Positions 17,712 through 26,220 of a stretch of DNA of 32,000 bases are shown piece after piece. The position numbers and the translations under genes were made by a program. Position 1 is the first letter of the stretch. Each line of letters begins with the position of its first letter. The notes under the pieces were generated by a model, which did no database searches, was not told where the DNA came from, and was given only the letters and a program-made list of their open reading frames with translations. This DNA is from Nitrosomonas europaea (GTDB lineage Bacteria > Pseudomonadota > Gammaproteobacteria > Burkholderiales > Nitrosomonadaceae): positions 90,001 to 122,000 of the forward strand of contig NZ_FUWK01000002.1 of assembly GCF_900167395.1 (NCBI RefSeq). Direction: 5' to 3'.

Positions 17712-17910
17712 TTACCCCTCTGTCCTTTTACCTGAGAGTTTTACGGTCAACTTTCCGCATGCCCCTTCGGTGGCTGAAGCTGTTTCAGCACTCTCCAGAT
17801 TGCCAATCACAAGCAGTTACTCAAGCCTTATGGCCACACCTGAGCGATTCCGGGGGGTTACGCCTTCGGTGACACTGTATTTTGATACAGCGCACTCTCC
17901 TGCCTGGATG
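17712..17910 (-). promoter_or_regulatory. Tandem (two-aptamer) glycine riboswitch in the gcvT leader
   Basis: Minus-strand read of aptamer 1: GGAGAG (rc 17895-17900) ugcgCUGUAUcaaaAUACAGugu CACCGAAGGCGUAAccccccGGAAUCGCUCAGG. Aptamer 2: GGAGAG (rc 17791-17796) ugCUGAAacagcUUCAGc CACCGAAGGGGCaugcggaaaguugaccguaaaaCUCUCAGGUAAAAGGACAGAGGGG. These are the conserved GGAGAG / CACCGAAGGGGC / CUCUCAGG.AAAAGGAC cores of the glycine riboswitch, in the canonical position upstream of gcvT. Confidence 0.88.
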
Positions 17911-17927
17911 AAATATCAGCAGACCGA

Positions 17928-17957
17928 ACTATACCTTAGCTTGGGATATTAAGACAA
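17928..17957 (-). promoter_or_regulatory. Candidate sigma70 promoter driving the riboswitch-gcv operon
   Basis: On the minus strand: TTGTCT (rc 17952-17957), an 18-nt spacer, then TATAGT (rc 17928-17933), about 10-20 nt upstream of aptamer 1. Pattern match only. Confidence 0.35.
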
Positions 17958-18080
17958 GGTGAGGCCAAGCTATAGAAACCGGGGAAATTGATGCCTAATC
18001 CGCGATTTGACGATTTCTCCGCAGGGCAGACAAACGTCCAGACGTACAATGGAATCGGAAGGAATTCATGCAAACAGGAA

Positions 18081-18115
18081 TCTTCCCCGGATATCAGTCA
18101 TTCTATCGGGGAAGA
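18081..18115 (-). terminator. Hairpin downstream of the carbonic anhydrase gene
   Basis: TCTTCCCCG (18081-18089) pairs with CGGGGAAGA (18107-18115), giving a 9-bp stem and a 17-nt loop, about 19 nt after stop 18134. The minus-strand tail AUUCCUGUUUG is only moderately U-rich. Confidence 0.35.
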
Positions 18116-18133
18116 TGGACAACTCAGAACGAC

Positions 18134-18931
18134 TCACTGGTTTGAAAGAATCGATCTCTCATTCAGGCTCTGCGCGGATCTGGCGTTGTCATGATAAAAA
18201 GATTTCATCTGCTCTAATTGATCAGCTGAAATCGTGATCGATTTTGTCAGAATGTACCACTGTACTCCCTCACTGCAAGGCGGCGTCGTCAATGAGCCGG
18301 CTAAAGTCAGATATTTCAGATTAGCGGCGTTCACTCCTGATGGCAGCAATTTTGCCGGGTTGAATCTGACTCTGGAAGGCGAATTTGCTTCACCCTCATG
18401 TCGAGGCATATTGTCAAGGATAGTCTGGAATACAGCATTTTCTTTACCAATGTTGATCACTACGCCCAATACCGCAATTCTTCCATCCTTGTTGATATGC
18501 ACGAAATGCAATTCTGCAGGGAATTTTTTACCTCCAAAAACATGTTCACTGGGTTCATGGAAATGCAACTGGATCAGTGGCAGTAATTCCTTCCCGACTT
18601 TCAATCCCCCGGCAAAATTTTTGGAAGTATTGACCTGTATGGCATGTCCCGTGTTGAAGAAAGTCGGCGTATCTGTCTTATACTGTGCAGAAAGTTTGTT
18701 CAACGGTTTAGCACTGACAATTTTTGCATCTGCCAGATCTACCGGTGACTGATGCTGGCCGATACCACATTCCGCATAGGGATAGCGTAATGGCACGGGT
18801 AGAGCAGCATCCTCAATAGCACCCCAGATGGGTTCTTCATCATAAGACCAGTGAGGTGGAGCAGAGGCTGCAATGCTCACGTAACCCGTAAAAATTATTG
18901 AAGCCAGGCTCGCCAATATTTTTGTTTTCAT
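18134..18931 (-). CDS. Alpha-class carbonic anhydrase, secreted/periplasmic
   Basis: 265-aa ORF with signal peptide MKTKILASLASIIFTGYVSIAASA. Motifs: HWSY, QSPVDL, the zinc-ligand pattern HFHEPSEH...ELHFVH, and GSLTTPPCSEGVQWYIL. Confidence 0.93.
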   Translation of the reverse strand: MKTKILASLASIIFTGYVSIAASAPPHWSYDEEPIWGAIEDAALPVPLRYPYAECGIGQHQSPVDLADAKIVSAKPLNKLSAQYKTDTPTFFNTGHAIQVNTSKNFAGGLKVGKELLPLIQLHFHEPSEHVFGGKKFPAELHFVHINKDGRIAVLGVVINIGKENAVFQTILDNMPRHEGEANSPSRVRFNPAKLLPSGVNAANLKYLTLAGSLTTPPCSEGVQWYILTKSITISADQLEQMKSFYHDNARSAQSLNERSILSNQ

Positions 18932-18962
18932 GAATCAACTCCGATCGCAATATATTATTAAA

Positions 18963-19208
18963 TTAACAAGTATGTTTTCTGCAGTAGTCAATCATCAAAG
19001 ATTGTTTATCCAAGCCGGTTTCTTGTGAAGACTGTGATTCAGCTTCTTTCTTTCCTGTCTCGATCCGTGTCGGTTGTTCATCCCCGGTCGAGGCATTTTT
19101 CGTTTGACCGGTCTCAGGCAACGACTCGGGCTGATCTCCCCCCGATCCAGCAAAACAGGAAACACTCAAACTCAGCACAACTGCCAAGAAAAGCTTAACG
19201 CGCATCAT
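18963..19208 (-). CDS. Small hypothetical lipoprotein (81 aa), acidic and polar with low complexity, C-terminal CRKHTC
   Basis: The signal MMRVKLFLAVVLSLSVSC has a permissive lipobox (Cys18). The mature part is rich in E/Q/S/T/G and ends ...DYCRKHTC. GGAGGAGG lies just upstream of the ATG. The gene sits 31 nt upstream of the carbonic anhydrase on the same strand. I recognise no family. Confidence 0.55.
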   Translation of the reverse strand: MMRVKLFLAVVLSLSVSCFAGSGGDQPESLPETGQTKNASTGDEQPTRIETGKKEAESQSSQETGLDKQSLMIDYCRKHTC

Positions 19209-19388
19209 TTTCCTCCTCCCTAAATATGCAAATCACATTCGTTATGTATCGAATGTGTATTTAGATTATCACGAGATAAATGACAAAAAATCATAAAAAA
19301 TAATCGACAGAACATACATATGCAGCCTGACTTAGAGCTTTCAGAGACTTCACCCCCTCAACTGGCTGGCCTTTATCTTTCTCTCTTT

Positions 19389-19413
19389 CTGCATAGAAAA
19401 TCAGGGTATGCAG
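19389..19413 (-). terminator. Hairpin immediately after the methyltransferase stop codon
   Basis: CTGCATA (19389-19395), an 11-nt loop, then TATGCAG (19407-19413), starting 1 nt after stop 19415-19417. No U-tract. Confidence 0.25.
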
Positions 19414-19414
19414 A

Positions 19415-20209
19415 TCAGGGCTTTTCCGTTTCAAACAATATGGCCTGCATCGGAAAACGTGTGGGGTTCGAGCCATATTCCCCGATAAATATCTTTACCA
19501 GAGCTTCAACGATGTCATCAGGATCAACTTCACCACGCTCTCTGATTTCATTGATGATCGGACTGAATATCAGCCCGCGCGCAAAAGCTCTGATATCCGG
19601 TATGTCGTAAATCCGTCGCTGAACTGAAATGCTTATTTGCTCAAACCCGGCACGAATCAGCCTCTCCTTGACAGGATCAATCTCGAAGGATGAAACAGTG
19701 CTCTCAAGAAAGCGGGGAGGATCCGATGGAAAAAACTGTTTCATGACTTCAAAAGTGAGACTGGCATAGGGATTGTAGTCACGTGAATCCCATACACTGA
19801 ACAGATACCGCCCACCTTGTCTCAATACCCGATGCGTCTCCTGAAAGGCCTTATCCTTGTCGAAGAACATCACGCCGAACTGACAAACCACCGTATCGAA
19901 GGCTCGATCATCAAAAGGCAGTGCCACAGCATTTGCAACCTGAAAAGTAACCTGTTCATGCGGCAGAAATTTCGTGCGTGCGACCTCCATCATGGAATCA
20001 CTGATATCGATAGCAGTCAGTTGCGCATCCCCAGGCAGTACATTTCGCAGTTGCCTGGTCACGATTCCCGTACCTGATGCAACTTCGAGTACATCACGAA
20101 CCGGTTTTCCTGCTGTGCGCCTGGCGATATCAGAAGCATATTGCTCAAACAGCACGTGCCCCAGATCACGATCATAAGCAATGGCAACATCGCCCACATA
20201 CCCTGCCAT
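19415..20209 (-). CDS. Class I SAM-dependent methyltransferase
   Basis: Motif I VLEVASGTGIVT, motif post-I AIDISDSM, and FDTVVCQFGVMFF. I call the start at ATG 20209 (MAGYVGD...) because AGGAGG (rc 20217-20222) lies 7 nt upstream. The track start at 20245 is 12 codons longer. Confidence 0.85.
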   Translation of the reverse strand: MAGYVGDVAIAYDRDLGHVLFEQYASDIARRTAGKPVRDVLEVASGTGIVTRQLRNVLPGDAQLTAIDISDSMMEVARTKFLPHEQVTFQVANAVALPFDDRAFDTVVCQFGVMFFDKDKAFQETHRVLRQGGRYLFSVWDSRDYNPYASLTFEVMKQFFPSDPPRFLESTVSSFEIDPVKERLIRAGFEQISISVQRRIYDIPDIRAFARGLIFSPIINEIRERGEVDPDDIVEALVKIFIGEYGSNPTRFPMQAILFETEKP

Positions 20210-20384
20210 AGACAAACCTCCTGCAATGAAATGATTAATATTCAAGCCCGGTAGCTTGTGGTTTTCCCGTTGCTAAACGGGTATTACCTGAATCACTCTA
20301 TACTTGTGAAACTCAATTGGAAAACAGGACATCGGATTGGTCGATTGTCACAATGGACAAGTCTGATTTTATGACTTCCATCGA

Positions 20385-21056
20385 TTATTTAAGTCGCCAA
20401 TACGTTTGATGTGTAAACAGCCAATAACCGGCACCAATGAGGGTTGTAACAATGCAGGGAACCAGTATCGCCGAGAACCGGTATTGACCAAAACAAACCG
20501 CACCCGCTACTCCACCCGATATAAATCCGATAATCAGTATCAGATACAGCACTATTCTTCTGGTATCAGCAGGCTGACCACGAACCCTCAACCCTAGAGC
20601 AACACCTAAATCAGTAAACAGTCCCGACACATGAGTAGTTCTGACAACTGCACCACTATAAGTACTAGTCATGGCATTTTGCAGTCCACATGCTGCAGAT
20701 GCAAAATAGTGGCCAACCGGGGAACCGTAATTCAGCAGAAGCATGGAAATTCCAAGTAGGAATGACTCGGTTATCAACGCCAGACTATAGTTTCTTCCGA
20801 GCTTCAATGCGACATTACCAATGATAAAACCGCTATAAGCAGCCCCGATGATAAAACCAGCCATTACCAGCAGTAAATGCACTACTGCTTGCATATTATG
20901 GTTGGCCAGCTCCAGTGAAAGAAAGGTCGAGATGCCGGTAAGATGTGAAACTGCCTGATGCTCAAATCCCAGAAGGCCAATGGCATTCACATAACCGGCA
21001 TTGAATGACAGCAGGAATCCCCCGATTTCGACCCATTTTGGCAGTTTGTGAATCAC
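20385..21056 (-). CDS. DUF1275 (YoaK-like) integral membrane protein
   Basis: 223-aa ORF with about 6 hydrophobic helices. The N-terminal pattern GGFLLSFNAGYVNAIGLLGF...AVSHLTG resembles the DUF1275 signature as I recall it. The start codon is GTG (rc 21054-21056), with AGGAA 8 nt upstream, 4 nt after the preceding stop. Confidence 0.75.
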   Translation of the reverse strand: MIHKLPKWVEIGGFLLSFNAGYVNAIGLLGFEHQAVSHLTGISTFLSLELANHNMQAVVHLLLVMAGFIIGAAYSGFIIGNVALKLGRNYSLALITESFLLGISMLLLNYGSPVGHYFASAACGLQNAMTSTYSGAVVRTTHVSGLFTDLGVALGLRVRGQPADTRRIVLYLILIIGFISGGVAGAVCFGQYRFSAILVPCIVTTLIGAGYWLFTHQTYWRLK

Positions 21057-21060
21057 TGAT

Positions 21061-21525
21061 TCATTTCCTGCATTCTTTCGATATCACTGTTTCACTCTGC
21101 ACAGCCTTATGCGCTGCCGCCTGACAAGGGTAGTAATTCCGGGAAGTGAATAACCAGAATATCAGTACGCCTACGAAAATCCCGTATGTTGCCATGGGAA
21201 CCAGGCAGCCTTTCCAGAGTTGCCGATGGCTGAGAAGAACATCCCCCTCGCCTGCCAGCTTTTTTACTGATCCCCACAATTTCCTTAAATTATCATCCAG
21301 GGCAACTTCAAAAATGAAGAATGCAACGGTAACCATACTCCCGGCAATCTGAAACAACCCGTGCAATTCGGGATAACGCACTGAAAAATCACAATCGAAG
21401 AATTTCACCAGCAACCCGCCAGTCACCGCGAAATAGACGGTCAGCATGGCAAAGCGAAGTGTGCTGTAATGCCTGATACTATTCATCAATTCTGCCAATT
21501 TCCGGTCTTCCAGTTCTTTTTCCAT
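21061..21525 (-). CDS. Hypothetical membrane protein (154 aa, about 3 predicted TM helices)
   Basis: It fills the gap between nhaC and the DUF1275 gene with 4-nt spacers on both sides. It has a charged N-terminus (MEKELEDRKLAELMNSIRHY) followed by three hydrophobic stretches. I recognise no family, and there is no SD, so translation may be coupled to nhaC. Confidence 0.5.
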   Translation of the reverse strand: MEKELEDRKLAELMNSIRHYSTLRFAMLTVYFAVTGGLLVKFFDCDFSVRYPELHGLFQIAGSMVTVAFFIFEVALDDNLRKLWGSVKKLAGEGDVLLSHRQLWKGCLVPMATYGIFVGVLIFWLFTSRNYYPCQAAAHKAVQSETVISKECRK

Positions 21526-21529
21526 ATTT

Positions 21530-22960
21530 TCAGGTTGTTTTTTGATAGTGCCCGGAACGCAGCAAACCTACTCCCATTACCGCCATCCCAATTGAAACCA
21601 GAGGGTTCAGCAGGTTGAGTAACGTATACGGAGCATAATCCAGTGTGGGTACACCCAGCGTTGCCGTATAGAAAATCCCGGCTGTCGTCCACGGAATCAG
21701 GCCGGTAGTCAAGGTAGAGCCCTCCTCAACGGAGCGCGACAAAACTGCCGGATCCAGATTTTTTTCCTGATAAACCTTTTTGAACAACTGACAACTCAGA
21801 ATGATGGAAATATAGGCTTCCCCCATGACCAGATTACCGGTCAGGCCGGAGGCAATAGTCGCTGCAATCAAAGTACTGGTCCGTCTGATCGGTGCAATCA
21901 GTCGCATCAGCAGCACCTGCAAAAACCCGGCATGATGCAGGATACCGCCAAGTGCCAGTGCCATGATGGACAACAGCAAAGTCCAGGCCATGCTGTATAA
22001 ACCGCCACGCCCGAGTAATTCATCGATACTGGCAATCCCGGTATCTCCGGGTGTGTTCAACCATAATGCATTGATGACATCGATACCGTTCCTGTCCTGA
22101 TAAACCACGGCAATCAGCAGCGCCAGCAGGGTACTGCACGTCATGCTGACTTCGGCAGAATAACGTTTGATGCTCATACCCAGCATCACCAGCAGTGGCA
22201 GCAGCGTCACCATTCCATCCATCCGAAAGGAACCTGCCAGGGCACTGCGAATTTCGGTCAGATGCGCTTGTGGCAGGTGATGATCACCATACTGCCAGCC
22301 CCATACGGTAAAAATACTCAAAACGATCACAAACGTAGGTATCGTGGTATACAGCATCGAACCGATATGCCGGTACAAATTTGTGTCGGCACTCATCGCA
22401 GCCAGGTTGGTGGTATCGGATATGGGCGACAGCTTGTCACCAAACGTTGCACCGGAGATGATCATACCCGCTGTCAGCGGCAGCGGAATACCCATGGCAT
22501 CACCGATTCCGATCAACACCACACCGATAGTACCTGCGGTTCCCCAGGAAGTACCGGTCGCAACCGACATCAGGCTGCACAACACGAATCCGGCAGCCAG
22601 AAACAGGGCCGGGTCGAGCCAGTCGAGGCCGAAATACAGTAAGCTCGCGATCGTGCCACTTTGCATGAAGCTGGCAATGACCATGCCGATCAGCATGAAA
22701 ATGTAAATCGCCGGCAATGCCCTGACGATACCTTCATCCATCATGCTGCGAATGGCAATGAACGAATAACCCAGAATACGTGTGTGTACACCGGCCCAGA
22801 CCAGTGCCAGGAAAATCAGCGCGTGCAGACTGATCTCAAACACAAACAAACCGAGTGCGATCAACAGCAGTATCCCGATAAAACAAACTGCTGCCTGCCA
22901 GAAAGCAGGCAGCGGTTGCGCCACCGGCAATTCCTCTAATGCTGTTTTCTCACTCGTCAT
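21530..22960 (-). CDS. nhaC: NhaC-family Na+/H+ antiporter
   Basis: 476-aa polytopic membrane ORF. GTSWGTAGTIGV, GATFGDKLSPISDTTN and WTTAGIFY are typical of the NhaC family. Confidence 0.88.
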   Translation of the reverse strand: MTSEKTALEELPVAQPLPAFWQAAVCFIGILLLIALGLFVFEISLHALIFLALVWAGVHTRILGYSFIAIRSMMDEGIVRALPAIYIFMLIGMVIASFMQSGTIASLLYFGLDWLDPALFLAAGFVLCSLMSVATGTSWGTAGTIGVVLIGIGDAMGIPLPLTAGMIISGATFGDKLSPISDTTNLAAMSADTNLYRHIGSMLYTTIPTFVIVLSIFTVWGWQYGDHHLPQAHLTEIRSALAGSFRMDGMVTLLPLLVMLGMSIKRYSAEVSMTCSTLLALLIAVVYQDRNGIDVINALWLNTPGDTGIASIDELLGRGGLYSMAWTLLLSIMALALGGILHHAGFLQVLLMRLIAPIRRTSTLIAATIASGLTGNLVMGEAYISIILSCQLFKKVYQEKNLDPAVLSRSVEEGSTLTTGLIPWTTAGIFYTATLGVPTLDYAPYTLLNLLNPLVSIGMAVMGVGLLRSGHYQKTT

Positions 22961-23186
22961 TACAGAAAGCCTACTCTCTCAAATTCCATTTTCATCATAT
23001 TCTCGATGAGTGCTCACAATGCTGCAATACTTCGTACCCCCTTCCTTGCCGAACAGAACCGATAATTTAAAAACTGGAATTCGCCCTGCCTGATTTTCAT
23101 GATATAACGCTGCAAAGCTGAAACGGCCTCTGGTAAGAAACCGGAGCCAGTTCTTCGAGATATCGATAACAGATCAGGAGAAAAAT

Positions 23187-24452
23187 TTGGGACGCGGGTT
23201 TTATACCATCATGGGGGCACAATTCTTTTCATCGCTGGCAGACAACGCGCTACTGGTCGTGGCCATTGCCCTGCTGATCGATCTGCATGCACCAGCGTAC
23301 CTTACTCCCATGCTTAAATTTGTATTCGTACTATTCTATGTGTTACTGGCGCCTCTTGTCGGTGCCTTCGCCGATTCCATGGCCAAGGGTCGGGTCATGT
23401 TCATCAGCAATTCGATCAAGATCGTCGGTTGCATATTACTGTTTTTTGCTGCACATCAATTTTCTGCACTAGGTGCATACGCGGTCGTCGGGTTGGGGGC
23501 CGCTGCATATTCTCCGGCAAAGTACGGCATTCTTACAGAATTGCTGCCTCCTGAGAAACTGGTAATCGCCAACGGCTGGATGGAAGGGTTGACTGTCGCA
23601 TCGATCGTTCTCGGTACAGTCATCGGCGGCCTGCTCATCACCCCTTCAGTGGCTGCGGTTCTGCTCTCTCTGGATCTCCCTCTGATCAAGACAGCGGTTG
23701 ACGCCAGTATCATAATCATCATGCTGTTCTATGGCATTGCCGCCGTTACTAATCTGTTCATCCCCGATACCGGAATCGATCATCGGATACTCAAGAAGAA
23801 CCCGATTTTTCTGTTTCACGATTTCGTTCACTGCGTAAAATTGCTGTGGTTCGACAAACTGGGCCAGATTTCACTGGCTGTTACCACCTTGTTCTGGGGT
23901 GCTGGCGCGACGCTGCAATTCATCGTACTGAAATGGGCTGAAGCAGCTCTTGGTTATGCGTTAAACCAGGCGGCACTGCTGCAGGGGGTCGTTGCAGTGG
24001 GCATTGCATTGGGCGCCGTGCTGGCAGCCAAGCTGGTTTCACTCCGCCGGTCGCTGGATGTCATTCCGCTCGGTATCATCATGGGAATCGTGGTGATTCT
24101 CATGATCACGGCTCGAGATCTCTGGATTTCGGTTGTACTGCTGATCAGCATCGGAGGATTGGCAGGCTTCTTCGTGGTACCGATGAATGCCCTGCTGCAA
24201 CATCGCGGACACATCCTGATGGGTGCCGGACACTCTATCGCTGTTCAGAATTTCAATGAAAACCTCGGTATTCTCACCATGTTGTCACTGTATGCGCTGC
24301 TGATCTGGTTCGATGTGCATATTTATACCGTCATCATCCTGTTTGGATTGTTCGTGTCCATTACCATGATCGTGGTTCGCAAATGGCATCTGAACAATCA
24401 GAGTAAGCAGGATTCTCTGCACCTGATCGGCATGCAGAAACGACAGTTCTGA
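23187..24452 (+). CDS. lplT: Lysophospholipid transporter LplT (MFS)
   Basis: 421-aa ORF collinear with E. coli LplT as I recall it (AQFFSSLADNALL, FADSMAKGRVM, GLGAAAYSPAKYGILTEL, FWGAGATL, VPMNALLQ, IAVQNFNEN). The track start is TTG 23187, with GGAG upstream. An ATG at Met9 is an alternative start. Confidence 0.88.
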   Translation: MGRGFYTIMGAQFFSSLADNALLVVAIALLIDLHAPAYLTPMLKFVFVLFYVLLAPLVGAFADSMAKGRVMFISNSIKIVGCILLFFAAHQFSALGAYAVVGLGAAAYSPAKYGILTELLPPEKLVIANGWMEGLTVASIVLGTVIGGLLITPSVAAVLLSLDLPLIKTAVDASIIIIMLFYGIAAVTNLFIPDTGIDHRILKKNPIFLFHDFVHCVKLLWFDKLGQISLAVTTLFWGAGATLQFIVLKWAEAALGYALNQAALLQGVVAVGIALGAVLAAKLVSLRRSLDVIPLGIIMGIVVILMITARDLWISVVLLISIGGLAGFFVVPMNALLQHRGHILMGAGHSIAVQNFNENLGILTMLSLYALLIWFDVHIYTVIILFGLFVSITMIVVRKWHLNNQSKQDSLHLIGMQKRQF

Positions 24453-24500
24453 TTGCGCTGCATGACCCTGGCCAACAGTTTTTAAATACAAATATTGCGG

Positions 24501-24526
24501 GAATGTGCTGCTATTGCAGCACATTC
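24501..24526. terminator. Perfect 11-bp hairpin between the convergent lplT and yacG genes (bidirectional terminator candidate)
   Basis: GAATGTGCTGC (24501-24511), loop TATT, then GCAGCACATTC (24516-24526). The minus-strand side is followed by an AU-rich tail (AUAUUUGUAUUUAAAAA). Confidence 0.5.
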
Positions 24527-24566
24527 AGGAACCGACACAACTTGATCAGCAGGTTCGAAGATTGAA

Positions 24567-24761
24567 TCAGGCTTCTGTGTCGTCTTCCCGGGGCCGTTCT
24601 TCTTCCGGTATTCGATAGCCGTCAGTGGCCCATTGCCCCAGATCAAGCAATTTGCACCGTTCGGAGCAGAACGGACGGTATTTGCTGGATGGCTCCCAAA
24701 CAACCATTTCGCCACATTGGGGACAATTTACGACTGGAGATTTACCCAATTTCACCTCCAT
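24567..24761 (-). CDS. yacG: DNA gyrase inhibitor YacG (zinc finger)
   Basis: 64-aa ORF with CPQCG...[15 protein letters not shown], the YacG Cys4 zinc-ribbon signature. Confidence 0.9.
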   Translation of the reverse strand: MEVKLGKSPVVNCPQCGEMVVWEPSSKYRPFCSERCKLLDLGQWATDGYRIPEEERPREDDTEA

Positions 24762-24777
24762 TCATTCGTACTGCTTC

Positions 24778-25566
24778 TCATAAACTGCAGAAAGTCAGCT
24801 CAAAAGGAATATCCTCTTCATAAACTTCTGTTTTGTGATCCGACCGCCAGGGAACAAAGCGGATATTGAGAGCATATTTGTTGGCGCTGATTTCAGGAAC
24901 ACAGGGAAATTCACTGCTGATATGCAACCTCAGAAGATGTGCCTGATGCTCCGAACCGGCCTGCTGGAACAATCCCTGAACTGCGGTATAACAACAATTC
25001 TTACCGCTGTTTCTCAGCATATTCAGCACAATATTGATCCCACTGCGGATCGGAGTGAAGGGGGTAATCCAGTCTTTAAGATCTTCTCTGCGGATTTCCG
25101 GAGCCAGATTCAGCCAGTAATGATAAGCCGGCAAATCGAACTCACACGCAGCGCCGGGAATGCTCATACGCTGTTTGACGCTCATCAGCCATTCATCGTC
25201 GCGCAAATGTCCACCGATCCGACCCGGGATATCCAGTAAGCCACGAAATGCAGCGCGAATATCCTGTAATATATGGTCGAGTGCTTTTTCTGATACTTCA
25301 GGGTTGCTGCGCAAGCCTTCCAGCATGGTCCGCTGTTTGTCCAGCTCCTGCAACAGATCCGATTTGAGATCAGATCGACTGGTCACATCAAGAATCTCAA
25401 ACAGTGCAACCAGAACAGCATGATGCTCGAAAGAGGTATCCCTAGCCGAAAAAAAATCAATCTTGTCGAACAGATCTTCCAGCCTCAACAGCATGCGGAT
25501 GCGTTCACTCAGGGGCAATTCGTAACAGATCACGGTAAGTAAGATGGCGTTGGAACTGTAAAGCAT
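24778..25566 (-). CDS. zapD: Cell division protein ZapD (YacF)
   Basis: YELPLSERIRMLLRLEDLF at the N-terminus, of ZapD length, in the conserved coaE-zapD-yacG position. I call the start at ATG 25566. The track start at 25581 is a TTG 5 codons upstream. Neither has a clear SD. Confidence 0.85.
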   Translation of the reverse strand: MLYSSNAILLTVICYELPLSERIRMLLRLEDLFDKIDFFSARDTSFEHHAVLVALFEILDVTSRSDLKSDLLQELDKQRTMLEGLRSNPEVSEKALDHILQDIRAAFRGLLDIPGRIGGHLRDDEWLMSVKQRMSIPGAACEFDLPAYHYWLNLAPEIRREDLKDWITPFTPIRSGINIVLNMLRNSGKNCCYTAVQGLFQQAGSEHQAHLLRLHISSEFPCVPEISANKYALNIRFVPWRSDHKTEVYEEDIPFELTFCSL

Positions 25567-25606
25567 AGCAGAAAACTGCAATATGCACGCATCTTACCAG
25601 AATCGT

Positions 25607-26218
25607 TCAAAGGCCGTGTTTGCGGGCAAGCATCAGGTATTTCCGATGCAGTTCCTCTACCTGCCGTTGCAGATGCTGCTCGCCGGAATCATTCACAATC
25701 ACATCATCCGCCTGTGCAAGACGTTTATCTCGTGAACATTGCACAGCCATCACGTCACGCACTTCCTGTTCACTCAATTTGCTGCGCAGCATGGTACGGG
25801 AGATCTGCAGAGGTTCGGGGCAGTCAATCACCAGCACGCGATCGACCAATTTAAGGTAACCATCAATTTCCAGCAGTAAGGGCACGACCACGATACCGTA
25901 TTCGGATTGGATAAGTGGAAGGCGCTGCAAGGTTTCCTGATAAATCAGCGGATGGAGTATGGATTCGAGACGGTGCCTTGCAGTTTCGTCAGAAAATACC
26001 AGTCTGCGCATCGCTGACCGATCCAGTGAACCATCGTCCAAGATGAAGCAATCACCAAATGCGATACGGATCGGGCTGATCGCCTTGCCAGCAGAACGTG
26101 TCAGCTCGTGCGCAATCTGGTCAGTATCGATGATTTCAATGCCCAGTTCCCTGAACGAATCGGCTGCTCTGGTCTTGCCACTGCCGATTCCGCCAGTCAA
26201 TCCGATAATCAGTGCCAT
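25607..26218 (-). CDS. coaE: Dephospho-CoA kinase
   Basis: 203-aa ORF with the P-loop IGLTGGIGSGKT. It starts 2 nt after the pilD stop. Confidence 0.95.
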   Translation of the reverse strand: MALIIGLTGGIGSGKTRAADSFRELGIEIIDTDQIAHELTRSAGKAISPIRIAFGDCFILDDGSLDRSAMRRLVFSDETARHRLESILHPLIYQETLQRLPLIQSEYGIVVVPLLLEIDGYLKLVDRVLVIDCPEPLQISRTMLRSKLSEQEVRDVMAVQCSRDKRLAQADDVIVNDSGEQHLQRQVEELHRKYLMLARKHGL

Positions 26219-26220
26219 TA

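Noticed and set aside
17230-17952. 240-aa plus-strand ORF antisense to gcvT and the riboswitch
   Set aside because: It covers the glycine riboswitch and the gcv promoter in antisense and has no recognisable domain. The gcvT and riboswitch assignments explain the sequence.
25567-25581. TTG-initiated 5-codon extension of zapD
   Set aside because: The ATG at 25566 gives an N-terminus closer to the ZapD length. Neither start has an SD, so this stays uncertain but is of little consequence.
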